Below, one piece after another: positions 31,535 to 40,486 of a stretch of 64,000 nucleotides of DNA. The position numbers and the translations under genes were made by a program. Where the stretch lies: assembly GCA_965660855.1 (NCBI GenBank), contig CBFIBM010000009.1, positions 15,588 through 79,587 on the forward strand. The letters are read 5' to 3'. The notes below the pieces were generated by a model. The model saw nothing but the letters and a program-made list of their open reading frames with translations. It made no database searches and was not told the DNA's origin. Position 1 is the stretch's first letter. Each line of letters opens with the position of its first letter. This DNA comes from an uncultured bacterium. Lineage in GTDB: Bacteria > Fidelibacterota > Marinisomatia > Marinisomatales > UBA1611.

Positions 31535-32746
31535 TTATTCTTCCTTATTCTTCAATTTTTTTAAAGCAGTACTTACTCTTTTGATTCCATCTCTAATTAT
31601 CTTTGTGCTTGTTGCATATGAAAATCTTATATGCCCTTGAGCGCCAAAGCCATCACCTGGTACTGTAACAACTTTTGCAGAGCCCAGAATATACTCAGAA
31701 ATATCAAAAGTATCTTTCATTAACTTTCCCTCAAATAACATGCCCAAGTAATAACTAAAATCCGGGAAAACATAAAATGCACCACCGGGTAAGCGGCAAG
31801 TGACACCAGGGATATCATTTAATAAATCAACTATTAAGTCTCGTCTTTCTTTAAATGCCTCTTTCATGTCTTCAACACAACTTTGATCTCCAATTAAGGC
31901 TTCTATAGCTGCTTTTTGGCCTATAGAGTTAGCACATGAGGTCGCTTGCCCTTGAATTTTAGACATTGCTTTTATAATATCTGTTGGCCCTGCAGCGTAA
32001 CCTATCCTCCAACCTGTCATCGCATAGGTTTTAGATAAACTAATGCAGGTTACAACCTCTGCCAGTATATTATTTTCCCGGTTAAGTTTTTCAGTACTTA
32101 CAAACTGACCATCATAAACTAGTCTTTCATAACATTCATCAGAAATAATAGTCCAGTTATGCTTTTTTGCCAATCTTAATAATTTTATTATAGCTTCTTT
32201 TTCCCAAATTCCGCCTGTTGGGTTTGAAGGTGAATTAAGTATTACGCCTTTTATCTCAGGAGTGATCTTTTTTTCTAAATCTATAAAATCTGGTTCAAAG
32301 TTTTTTTCTGCTAATGTATCTACAAGAATTGGCTCTGCATCAGCTAAACGTACAAATTCAGGGAAAGAAACCCAATAAGGTCGAAATACTATGACTTTGT
32401 CTCCTTCTTCAAATAAAGCTTGGCATGCGTTATATAAACTTTGTTTTTCACCATTTGAAACTAAAATATCAGAGGGGTTATATGATATGCCGTTTTCTCT
32501 TTTCAGTTTTTCACAGATAGCTTCACGTAATTCAATCATTCCTGGACCGGCTGTATACTTTGTAAAACCATCATCCATTGCTTTTTTACCAGCCTCTATA
32601 ATATTAGAAGGAGTATTAAAATCTGGCTCACCTACTGAAAAGTTTATAACATCCATCCCCTTTGACTTCATGTCAGCTGCAATTGTAGCCATTTGTAACG
32701 TAAATGATGGCTTTACTTTATGTACTCTGTTAGAAAGTTTTGTCAT
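31535..32746 (-). CDS. PLP-dependent class I/II aminotransferase (aspartate aminotransferase-like)
   Basis: GEPDFNTP, NSPSNPTG, SDECY, SLSKTYAMTGWRIGY. Confidence 0.95.
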   Translation of the reverse strand: MTKLSNRVHKVKPSFTLQMATIAADMKSKGMDVINFSVGEPDFNTPSNIIEAGKKAMDDGFTKYTAGPGMIELREAICEKLKRENGISYNPSDILVSNGEKQSLYNACQALFEEGDKVIVFRPYWVSFPEFVRLADAEPILVDTLAEKNFEPDFIDLEKKITPEIKGVILNSPSNPTGGIWEKEAIIKLLRLAKKHNWTIISDECYERLVYDGQFVSTEKLNRENNILAEVVTCISLSKTYAMTGWRIGYAAGPTDIIKAMSKIQGQATSCANSIGQKAAIEALIGDQSCVEDMKEAFKERRDLIVDLLNDIPGVTCRLPGGAFYVFPDFSYYLGMLFEGKLMKDTFDISEYILGSAKVVTVPGDGFGAQGHIRFSYATSTKIIRDGIKRVSTALKKLKNKEE

Positions 32747-33777
32747 TAAAATTTATGCTGCTTTTTATGATGTTTTTCTGTGTTAAACTTGTAATCGTCT
32801 GACTCATCAATAACATCTGGTTTTAAATTTATGTTCACGGGTTCGTCATTAAAGTTTTTCTTAGGCTTTTTAGATTTCTTACTTTTATTTTTTTTAAAGC
32901 TTTTATCTTTATCAGAAATTTTTTGATTCTTGTTAAATTGATTTTTCCTTTTTGGTTTACGCTTTTTTCTTCTCTTTCTCTTTGGCTTAGGAACATCTAA
33001 AGCAGATATGACTTCTAGATCATTTTGGCTGTCAATTTCAAGCGGTTCCTGATTCATAGATATATTTTTTAATTCATCATCTCCAAAATTAAACTCATTT
33101 TTATTAAAAGCACCAAATATAGTTCCAAAACCTCTAGTTATTCCATTGCCAACACCAATATAGCTTGGTAAGAAAAAATTTGTTTCAAAGTCACCCATAA
33201 ATGCACCCCATTTATTATCATCGACAGACTTTGGGAAAAGACTTTCTAACGAGACTCTTGTATAAATACTATCTTTTAACTTAATTCCTAATTCATTAGC
33301 TAAAAAAATAATGTTTTGCCCAATTAGCTTATTAAGAAAAGATGGTTTTTCCTGGTTAGTTAAAAATCTATATTTCCCACTTGTCATATGATTGAGAGCA
33401 ACCCATGGTGTAATAAAACGGTACTTTAACAGCTTCTCAGATGGGATAAGCTGCTCTTTAGACTCTTGTTTATCAAATGATTCAACTTCAAAAGTAATGT
33501 TCCCGAAGTCAAAATTATCAAATTTTTCGGAGAGCTGAATAACTGGATCAACACCTTCTTTTATACCAATTATGTAAATTTGTTCATTAAGAATTTTTAC
33601 TTGAACTCTAGGATATAAAAATTTATCTCTTAGAGAACCATTAAGCATAGGAATTATACTCTCATCAGGAAATTGTCGCATAAAAACACCTTTTACTTGA
33701 TAAGGTGTTTTTCGAACAGGTTTATCTGTAACTACCCGCACTACTACTGATTTAATATCAGGAAAACTATCACTCAT
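32746..33777 (-). CDS. cas6: Orphan Cas6b-like RAMP protein with acidic and Lys/Arg-rich C-terminal tail
   Basis: Cas6b-type motifs YPRVQVK, YRFITPWVALN, GQNII, F-x-TNFFLPSYIG and G-loop GVGNGITRGFG (GhGxxxxxGhG with Arg) at aa 208-218; 123-aa tail. Confidence 0.82.
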   Translation of the reverse strand: MSDSFPDIKSVVVRVVTDKPVRKTPYQVKGVFMRQFPDESIIPMLNGSLRDKFLYPRVQVKILNEQIYIIGIKEGVDPVIQLSEKFDNFDFGNITFEVESFDKQESKEQLIPSEKLLKYRFITPWVALNHMTSGKYRFLTNQEKPSFLNKLIGQNIIFLANELGIKLKDSIYTRVSLESLFPKSVDDNKWGAFMGDFETNFFLPSYIGVGNGITRGFGTIFGAFNKNEFNFGDDELKNISMNQEPLEIDSQNDLEVISALDVPKPKRKRRKKRKPKRKNQFNKNQKISDKDKSFKKNKSKKSKKPKKNFNDEPVNINLKPDVIDESDDYKFNTEKHHKKQHKF

Positions 33778-33798
33778 TTAGAATTAATAATTAAAAAT

Positions 33799-35049
33799 TT
33801 ATTGACTCATAGTATCAAGGAACTCCGCATTTGACTTCGTTCTTTTCATTCTATCTTGCATGAAATCCATAGCTTCTTCTACTTTCATATCATTTAATAA
33901 CTTTCGCAAAACCCACATTCTACCTAACGTTTTACGGTCATGCAATAACTCTTCTTTTCTAGTACCAGAGCGAATAATATCAAAAGCAGGGTAGGTCCTT
34001 CTGTCACTTAAACGTCTATCAAGCACAAGCTCCATATTTCCCGTACCCTTGAATTCCTCAAAGATTACCTCATCTGCTCTACTACCAGTATCTATCAGAG
34101 CTGTTGAGATAATAGTCAAGCTACCTGCTTCTTCTGTATTTCTTGCTGCTCCAAAAAATTGTTTTGGCTTCTTTAAGGCATTAAAATCAACACCCCCAGA
34201 TAAAATTTTTCCACTATGAGGTGTTACTGCATTGTGAGCTCTAGCTAAGCGGGTTATGCTATCTAATAAAATAACAACATCATCACCATACTCAACCATT
34301 CGTTTTGCTTTTTGTAAAACCATATCAGCTACTGAAACATGTCTTTCAGGTGGCTCATCAAAAGTAGAACTTATAACTTCTGCATCTACATTCCTTTTCA
34401 TATCTGTTACTTCTTCTGGTCTTTCATCAATTAGAAGTACAATTCTTTTTGTTTCAGGATGATTTTTACTAATTGCATTTGCAAGGGTTTGCAATAGTAT
34501 GGTTTTACCAGTTTTAGGTTGTGCAACTATTAAACCCCTTTGGCCTTTACCTACCGGAGACATAAGATCCATTATTCTCATAGATAAATCTTTTGGGTCC
34601 GTTTCTAAATTGAACTTTTCTTCTGGATAAAGAGGTGTAAAATTTCCAAACAATATAATTTTTTTTAGATCTTCAAGTGGCTTATCATTAACTGTAATTA
34701 CTTTAAGCAACGCATAAAATCTCTCTTTTGATTTAGGTGGTCTAATTTGGCCAGATATTAGATGGCCCGTTTTTAAAGAGAACCTTTTAATCTGAGAAGG
34801 ACTAACATATATATCATCAGGACCAGGTAAGTAATTAAAATCAGGTGATCTTAGAAATCCATATCCATCTTGCATAACCTCTAACACACCTCTTGCTGAA
34901 AACGCACCCTGCTTTTTAGCATTTGCTTCTAAAATTTTGACTGTTAACTCTTGTTTATTAAGCCCTGCTACGCCACCTTCAATTTTCATTTTTTGAGCTA
35001 CTTCAGTTAACTCTCTAATACCAAGTGATTGTAATTCATTCAAATCCAT
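33799..35049 (-). CDS. rho: Transcription termination factor Rho
   Basis: [46 protein letters not shown]. Confidence 0.99.
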   Translation of the reverse strand: MDLNELQSLGIRELTEVAQKMKIEGGVAGLNKQELTVKILEANAKKQGAFSARGVLEVMQDGYGFLRSPDFNYLPGPDDIYVSPSQIKRFSLKTGHLISGQIRPPKSKERFYALLKVITVNDKPLEDLKKIILFGNFTPLYPEEKFNLETDPKDLSMRIMDLMSPVGKGQRGLIVAQPKTGKTILLQTLANAISKNHPETKRIVLLIDERPEEVTDMKRNVDAEVISSTFDEPPERHVSVADMVLQKAKRMVEYGDDVVILLDSITRLARAHNAVTPHSGKILSGGVDFNALKKPKQFFGAARNTEEAGSLTIISTALIDTGSRADEVIFEEFKGTGNMELVLDRRLSDRRTYPAFDIIRSGTRKEELLHDRKTLGRMWVLRKLLNDMKVEEAMDFMQDRMKRTKSNAEFLDTMSQ

Positions 35050-35127
35050 GTGATTTATACCTATATAATAAATTTGGAAATTTTAAAAATAAGCCCCGTG
35101 GAATGTCTGGGATTAGTAGAAATTACA

Positions 35128-36390
35128 TTAAATTATTCCACTGTCAAATGATAATTCAAACTCATTATAAACTTCCTTTGCTATATAATGTGTTCCAAAA
35201 ATTACTCCAATTTCATTATCATCATTAATTTTTTTTAAATATTTAATGCCCTCCTTAACAGATTTCAAAGGCTTATTTAAAATATTTTTTTGATTCAGTT
35301 TTTCTGATAATTCATATTTATCTAAAAGTAATTTTTCTCTATCAGTTACCACATAAATAATTGAAAAATTATCCCTTATTATATCAAATATAGGGTCCAA
35401 ATCCTTATCACCCTTTAATCCGAAAACCCCAAAAAGATTTTTATCAGAATAGATGTTTTTAAAATAATCTATCATCTTAGATATTCCTGAAAGGTTATGA
35501 GCGACATCGTAAAAAATAGAGGAAGATAATTTTTCAAGTCTTCCAGGCCATTTAATTTTACCAAAACCATTATTAATATTATGAGTTTTAATTTGTGGGT
35601 CAATAATTTTTAAAGATTCAATAGCAACAGATGCATTCTGAGCTTGATGAGCGCCAATTAATGCAGTTCTATAATGTGTATCTTTATAATCAAATTGAGT
35701 TCCTAATGGACCAATAATTATTTTTTTTGGTGAATTTGTTACTTTTAAAATTGAGCCTTTATTATTGGCCACTCCAGAGATAATCTTATGTACAGAGTTC
35801 TCTTGTTTGGAGATTACTATTGGAACTCCCTTTTTAATAATCCCTGATTTTTCATAAGCTATTTTTTCAAGTGAATCTCCAAGTATTTCCATATGATCCA
35901 TTGAGATTGGAGTTATAACTGAAATTTTTGGATTTATAACATTTGTTGAGTCTAATCGACCACCTAATCCAGTTTCAATAATTGCAATATCTACTTTTTT
36001 TTTTTTAAAATAATGTAAAGCCATTACAGTTGTTGTTTCAAAAAAAGTCGATTGAATTCTATGAATTGCTTCCCAATTATTATCTAAAAAAAGTTCTATC
36101 TCCTTATTCGAGATAGGAATACCATTTACTCTTATTCTTTCATTAAAATTAACTAAATGTGGTGATGTATAAAGACCTACTTTTTTACCCATCATCCTTA
36201 AAACAGATTCAATGTGTGCACTAGTTGAGCCTTTTCCATTTGTACCAGCAAGATGAATAAGGTACATATTATTTTGAGGATTCCCAGTTGAAAACAAAAG
36301 CTCTTTTGTATGATCTAGCCCTAGTTTTACTCCATGCCTTTCAAGTGCAAATAATGAATTTAAAGTTTTCGAAAAGTTAGAATAATTCAA
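35128..36390 (-). CDS. folC: Folylpolyglutamate synthase/dihydrofolate synthase
   Basis: GTNGKGS, YTSPHL, ETGLGGRLDSTN, WPGRLE, DVAHN. Confidence 0.97.
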   Translation of the reverse strand: MNYSNFSKTLNSLFALERHGVKLGLDHTKELLFSTGNPQNNMYLIHLAGTNGKGSTSAHIESVLRMMGKKVGLYTSPHLVNFNERIRVNGIPISNKEIELFLDNNWEAIHRIQSTFFETTTVMALHYFKKKKVDIAIIETGLGGRLDSTNVINPKISVITPISMDHMEILGDSLEKIAYEKSGIIKKGVPIVISKQENSVHKIISGVANNKGSILKVTNSPKKIIIGPLGTQFDYKDTHYRTALIGAHQAQNASVAIESLKIIDPQIKTHNINNGFGKIKWPGRLEKLSSSIFYDVAHNLSGISKMIDYFKNIYSDKNLFGVFGLKGDKDLDPIFDIIRDNFSIIYVVTDREKLLLDKYELSEKLNQKNILNKPLKSVKEGIKYLKKINDDNEIGVIFGTHYIAKEVYNEFELSFDSGII

Positions 36391-37174
36391 TGTGTCTTGT
36401 ATTCTTTAGTTTAATCCCTAAAAACTTTTCTGCAAGATTATTAAATTCTTTTGGTTCATCAGTAACAAAACAATTAAATGTTCCTTCTTTTTTAATTGTT
36501 TTTAATTTATTAATCATAATAAAATTTTTTACTTCCTCTGCAATTGCTCTACCAGAATCCACTAAATGAATGTTGTCTCCTAAGTATTTTTTTATAGCTT
36601 TTTTTAAAAGCGGATAGTGTGTACATCCTAAAATTAGAGTATCTATTGAAGAGTCTTTTATTTGCTCAAGATATAATTCTATTATCTTATTAGGGATTTC
36701 TCCAATCACTAAGCCCTCTTCTACTAATGGAACAAACAATGGGCAGGCAATACTTTTTACATTTGATTTTGGGTTTATTGCTTTAATTTGTTTCTCATAT
36801 TTCTTTGAGTGTATTGTTGCCAAGGTTCCAAGAACGCCGATAGATTTATTTTTTGAAATTTTAAGTGCTTTATTTACACCCGCATTTATAACACCGATTA
36901 TTGGTATTGGAAAATCTCGTTCTAAATTTTTTAGTGCTATTGAAGATACCGTATTACATGCTACAATTATTACTTTACAGTCTTTCCCCTTCAGCCAATT
37001 ACAAATTTGATTTGAATATAAATTAATTTTCTCAATGCTTCTATTTCCATAAGGAACCCTCGCTGTATCTCCTACATAAATAAAAGATTCATGTGGAAGT
37101 TCCTTAACCAATGCATCTAGGACAGTTAGACCTCCAAGGCCTGAATCAAAAATACCAATAGGACGATTATCCAA
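36377..37174 (-). CDS. murI: Glutamate racemase
   Basis: FDSGLGGLTV, PYG, ACNT, LGCTHYP. Confidence 0.98.
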   Translation of the reverse strand: MDNRPIGIFDSGLGGLTVLDALVKELPHESFIYVGDTARVPYGNRSIEKINLYSNQICNWLKGKDCKVIIVACNTVSSIALKNLERDFPIPIIGVINAGVNKALKISKNKSIGVLGTLATIHSKKYEKQIKAINPKSNVKSIACPLFVPLVEEGLVIGEIPNKIIELYLEQIKDSSIDTLILGCTHYPLLKKAIKKYLGDNIHLVDSGRAIAEEVKNFIMINKLKTIKKEGTFNCFVTDEPKEFNNLAEKFLGIKLKNTRHIELF

Positions 37175-37177
37175 AAT

Positions 37178-38650
37178 TTATTCTCCAGCTAATAGCTTTT
37201 CCCTTGAAAATTTAAATTGTTTGATTCCTTCAAACAAAGACTCTGCAATTCTTTGCTTATGACTTGATTGCTTTAATTTTTTTTCTTCTGAAGGATTAGA
37301 TAAAAAACCAACTTCTACTAAAACATTTGGCATTGAAGCTCCTATAAGTACATAAAATCCCGCTTGCTTCACTCCTCTATTCGGAGTGTTCAACCTTTTG
37401 TCTAATTCCATTTGTATAATTGAAGCAAGGTCTTCACTCTCTTTCATAAACATACTCTGCGCCATTGTTGCCATGATAAGGGCTTCTCCAGATAAATCTG
37501 CGTATTGGTCTTTAAATTCTTCTAAATTTATTACAGAATTTTCTCTTGAAGCTACTTCAATAGCATCCTCACTTTTACCGGGTCTTAATAAGTAAGTCTC
37601 AAACCCTTGAATCTTTCTATTTTTGTTTGCATTAGCGTGGATACTAACAAATAGCTTTCCATTTGTATCGTTTGCCATTTTTGTTCTATCTAATAACGGC
37701 ACAAAGACGTCTTCATCTCGAGTATAAAATACTTTTATACCAGACTTCTCCAATAATTTACCTGTCCGTTTGACGATATCTAAAACAACATCTTTTTCCA
37801 TAGTTCCGTATTTTCCTATTGCTCCAGGATCTTTTCCTCCATGACCAGCATCAAGAACAACTGTATCTAAACGCCATCTTTTTTTAACATCATCTATATG
37901 CTCAGTTACTTTTCCTAAAGGAGTTCTTAATGTTATTACTATTTCATTTGGGTCCAAACTTTGATACCACTCATGGCTCAATACTTTTCCTCCTAATTTA
38001 AATGCTACTTGTGCTGTTTTACCAATTTGGTCTGATTCGACCTGTCGCACAACTCCTCGTGTTAAAGCAGTATTAATAGTAAAGGTGTCTACGGTTGCCT
38101 CTGCAATTGTTAAATAATACCAACCATGCTTATTAATGAATGAACTAATATTTCTTTCTGAGAAAGCTTTTTTAGTTTCTAATTTAATAATGGTTCCGTT
38201 TGATTTAGTCTCAATGTGAATGCCTGAAATATTAAATTTAATCACATCAATATCTAGTAATTCTTTTTTTACGTCAAAATTAATTCCAGGAAGTAATGTA
38301 TTTTTTAAAATACTCAGAAACCCTTCTGCTGGAACATATAAATCATTAGAATAAACCCTTGCTATCTGAGACATTTGAAATGAATTTTCATCAATTATGA
38401 TAAAACTACTATTACCAGATATTTTTATCTTATGACCGTATATGTAAAGAACTAGCTTTTTCCTTTCTTCATTTTCATAGATTTTTGAAGAAAACGATTT
38501 TGCTAAATCCTTAATTGATAGATATAGAGGATTAACACCAGAAAGAGTATTAATATCCGATTCAGTTCCATTGCTACGATTAAAAACATGAATTTCTCCA
38601 AAAATCACATTAAAGAAAAATACAAAGAAAATTAATCTGCAAGAATTCAC
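37178..38650 (-). CDS. N-acetylmuramoyl-L-alanine amidase (Amidase_3, AmiA/B/C-like)
   Basis: LDAGHGGKDPG, EK, SIHAN, LVEVGFLSN; signal-like N-terminus. Confidence 0.95.
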   Translation of the reverse strand: MNSCRLIFFVFFFNVIFGEIHVFNRSNGTESDINTLSGVNPLYLSIKDLAKSFSSKIYENEERKKLVLYIYGHKIKISGNSSFIIIDENSFQMSQIARVYSNDLYVPAEGFLSILKNTLLPGINFDVKKELLDIDVIKFNISGIHIETKSNGTIIKLETKKAFSERNISSFINKHGWYYLTIAEATVDTFTINTALTRGVVRQVESDQIGKTAQVAFKLGGKVLSHEWYQSLDPNEIVITLRTPLGKVTEHIDDVKKRWRLDTVVLDAGHGGKDPGAIGKYGTMEKDVVLDIVKRTGKLLEKSGIKVFYTRDEDVFVPLLDRTKMANDTNGKLFVSIHANANKNRKIQGFETYLLRPGKSEDAIEVASRENSVINLEEFKDQYADLSGEALIMATMAQSMFMKESEDLASIIQMELDKRLNTPNRGVKQAGFYVLIGASMPNVLVEVGFLSNPSEEKKLKQSSHKQRIAESLFEGIKQFKFSREKLLAGE

Positions 38651-38702
38651 ATTAAGGTAGGTAATTGATGATTTTTTAAATATAAGTTAAAATTTAGTGA
38701 AA

Positions 38703-38737
38703 TAAACTGCGTTTTTATATTTTAAAAACGCAGTTTA
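38703..38737 (-). terminator. Strong hairpin after the two small membrane protein genes
   Basis: Perfect 15-bp inverted repeat TAAACTGCGTTTTTA/TAAAAACGCAGTTTA with 5-nt loop, 6 nt after the stop. Confidence 0.75.
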
Positions 38738-38743
38738 CATTTA

Positions 38744-38959
38744 TTACTTTTTCTCATACCAAGTAACAAGTATCATTAGTGCAAGTATTCCAGCAAAACC
38801 TGCATCTCCAAATTGAGACATAATCCGTCCTAAACCAGCAATGACTCCAAAGAAATCATCAAATAGAACACCTACTATGATACCTATAACTACTAACGTT
38901 TTGGCCAGATCAGTTATCTGTCCAAGCCATTCATTTACTGTTTTCAATCCTTTAAGCAT
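38744..38959 (-). CDS. Small membrane protein (71 aa), paralog of the upstream gene
   Basis: Strong SD (CAGGAGGG); two hydrophobic segments; GFAGILAL motif. Confidence 0.8.
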   Translation of the reverse strand: MLKGLKTVNEWLGQITDLAKTLVVIGIIVGVLFDDFFGVIAGLGRIMSQFGDAGFAGILALMILVTWYEKK

Positions 38960-39022
38960 AGTTCCCTCCTGTTTGCAGGAAATAGGTAATTTTTAACACT
39001 GTCTTTATTTAGTACTGTGCTA

Positions 39023-39232
39023 TTATCCTAAGAAAGATAAAAAAACCAGTAATGCTAGAAGGCCTGCGAAACCACCATCTAAAAACGTATTAACAAGATC
39101 TACAATCCCACCTATTGGATCAAATCCTGTAGAATAAACAATGTTAACAAAAACAAACAGCACTATTAAAGCTTTAATTACTCCGACTACTCCTGTTGCT
39201 GCATTTGATACGGTTGAGTTGACATCAGCCAT
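39023..39232 (-). CDS. Small membrane protein (69 aa)
   Basis: Near-perfect SD (AAGGAGGT); two hydrophobic segments; GFAGLLAL motif. Confidence 0.8.
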   Translation of the reverse strand: MADVNSTVSNAATGVVGVIKALIVLFVFVNIVYSTGFDPIGGIVDLVNTFLDGGFAGLLALLVFLSFLG

Positions 39233-39362
39233 GCCGATACCTCCTTGGTTTGGTTCTTTAGGTTTGATTAATGCTTATTACAATAATCAATGTTTCCTCG
39301 AAAACATTTTTAACTTTAAATATCCTATATGGATTTCGGGTGAAAACTGTTTTCGCTCTTTG

Positions 39363-39390
39363 AATTTACAAATAAAGGAGATATTAGCAA
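39363..39390 (-). promoter_or_regulatory. Candidate sigma70-type promoter for the small-protein pair
   Basis: TTGCTA-16 nt-TAAATT on the minus strand upstream of a hairpin-rich leader; weak evidence in AT-rich DNA. Confidence 0.3.
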
Positions 39391-39397
39391 TATTTTT

Positions 39398-40486
39398 TTA
39401 TGTCTGGTTTTTAATTTCGTTTAAAAGATTAACAGTCTCATTAAAAACTTTTTGAGAACTAATCAAAGACATACACTTTTTACAAAGCCTCCAATGATTC
39501 CGCTTATGATAACAATTTAATTCTGGTTTTACTAATATTGATTTTTTGCTAACAGGAATTGATAATTTAGGATTTTGAGATCCAAATATTGTTATTGATG
39601 GGATATTATGAAAAGCGGCAAGGTGCCCTGCCATTGAATCTAGTCCAATAACTAATTTTTGATTCTTTACCCAATTGCTATAATCCACTAAACTCCCAGA
39701 AAAAGTTTTGACAATTATCTTCTGACTCTCTAACTTTTTTAAAATTGGAATTGAATCTTTTACTTTGACAACATATATCTTTTCCTTTTTATTTAGCATT
39801 TGAATTAAATCAATCCAATGTTTATCTGGCCATGCCCTTCTTGAATCACTGGATCCGGGGTGTATAACAATCCCTCCATCAATATTATAATTAATATTCG
39901 AACTAGGAATTATTATACATCCAATCTTTTCAATTAGCTTATAAGCACGTTCCTGCTGATGATAACTCTTTATTAATAGTTGAGGATCTGTATAAAAATA
40001 TTTACCGCCAGTAAATGAATATCCAAAACTTATTTTTGGCTTCGTGAGCCATAAAAAAAAACTATCTCTTATATCTCCTTTAAAACTAAATGCAAGATCT
40101 ATGTTTTTCCCCCTGATAACTTTCGAGAAGAAAATTATTTTTGACCACCATTTTTTTAATGACCAATCCCAATTTGTCCATGGTGCATTTATTCCAATAA
40201 TTGTATCAGCTAAATTATGATGAATGGCAAGATTTTCTGCTTGCTTACTAGTTATCAAAATTAGTTCAGCTTTGGGGTACTTCTTTTTTAATGATTTAAG
40301 TATTGGTGAAATTATAATAACGTCACCAATTCGATGGTATTCATTAACTAAAATCACCTTAACATCAATATCGTTTATTTTATAAGAATATCGAAAAAGA
40401 TTAAAGACTACAAAAAATGGATAAATTATAAAACTTATAACATGGCTTATAATTCTGTATTTGAGTGAATATAAATCGTTGTTCAT
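39398..40486 (-). CDS. Glycosyltransferase family 9 (heptosyltransferase-like)
   Basis: RIGDVI, IHPGS, RAWP, GLDSMAGHLA, IFG. Confidence 0.9.
   Translation of the reverse strand: MNNDLYSLKYRIISHVISFIIYPFFVVFNLFRYSYKINDIDVKVILVNEYHRIGDVIIISPILKSLKKKYPKAELILITSKQAENLAIHHNLADTIIGINAPWTNWDWSLKKWWSKIIFFSKVIRGKNIDLAFSFKGDIRDSFFLWLTKPKISFGYSFTGGKYFYTDPQLLIKSYHQQERAYKLIEKIGCIIIPSSNINYNIDGGIVIHPGSSDSRRAWPDKHWIDLIQMLNKKEKIYVVKVKDSIPILKKLESQKIIVKTFSGSLVDYSNWVKNQKLVIGLDSMAGHLAAFHNIPSITIFGSQNPKLSIPVSKKSILVKPELNCYHKRNHWRLCKKCMSLISSQKVFNETVNLLNEIKNQT

Noticed and set aside
35113..35125. TAATTTCTACTAA on the minus strand resembles the 5' part of a Cas12a direct repeat
   Set aside because: The complementary GTAGAT arm is missing, there is no repeat-spacer structure and no Cas12; most likely chance in AT-rich DNA.
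38744..39232. Inovirus coat genes, ATP synthase c subunits or type I toxins
   Set aside because: No Zot-like ATPase, replication or integrase genes; no c-ring GxGxGxG motif or acidic residue in the second helix; length and strong expression signals fit type I toxins poorly.
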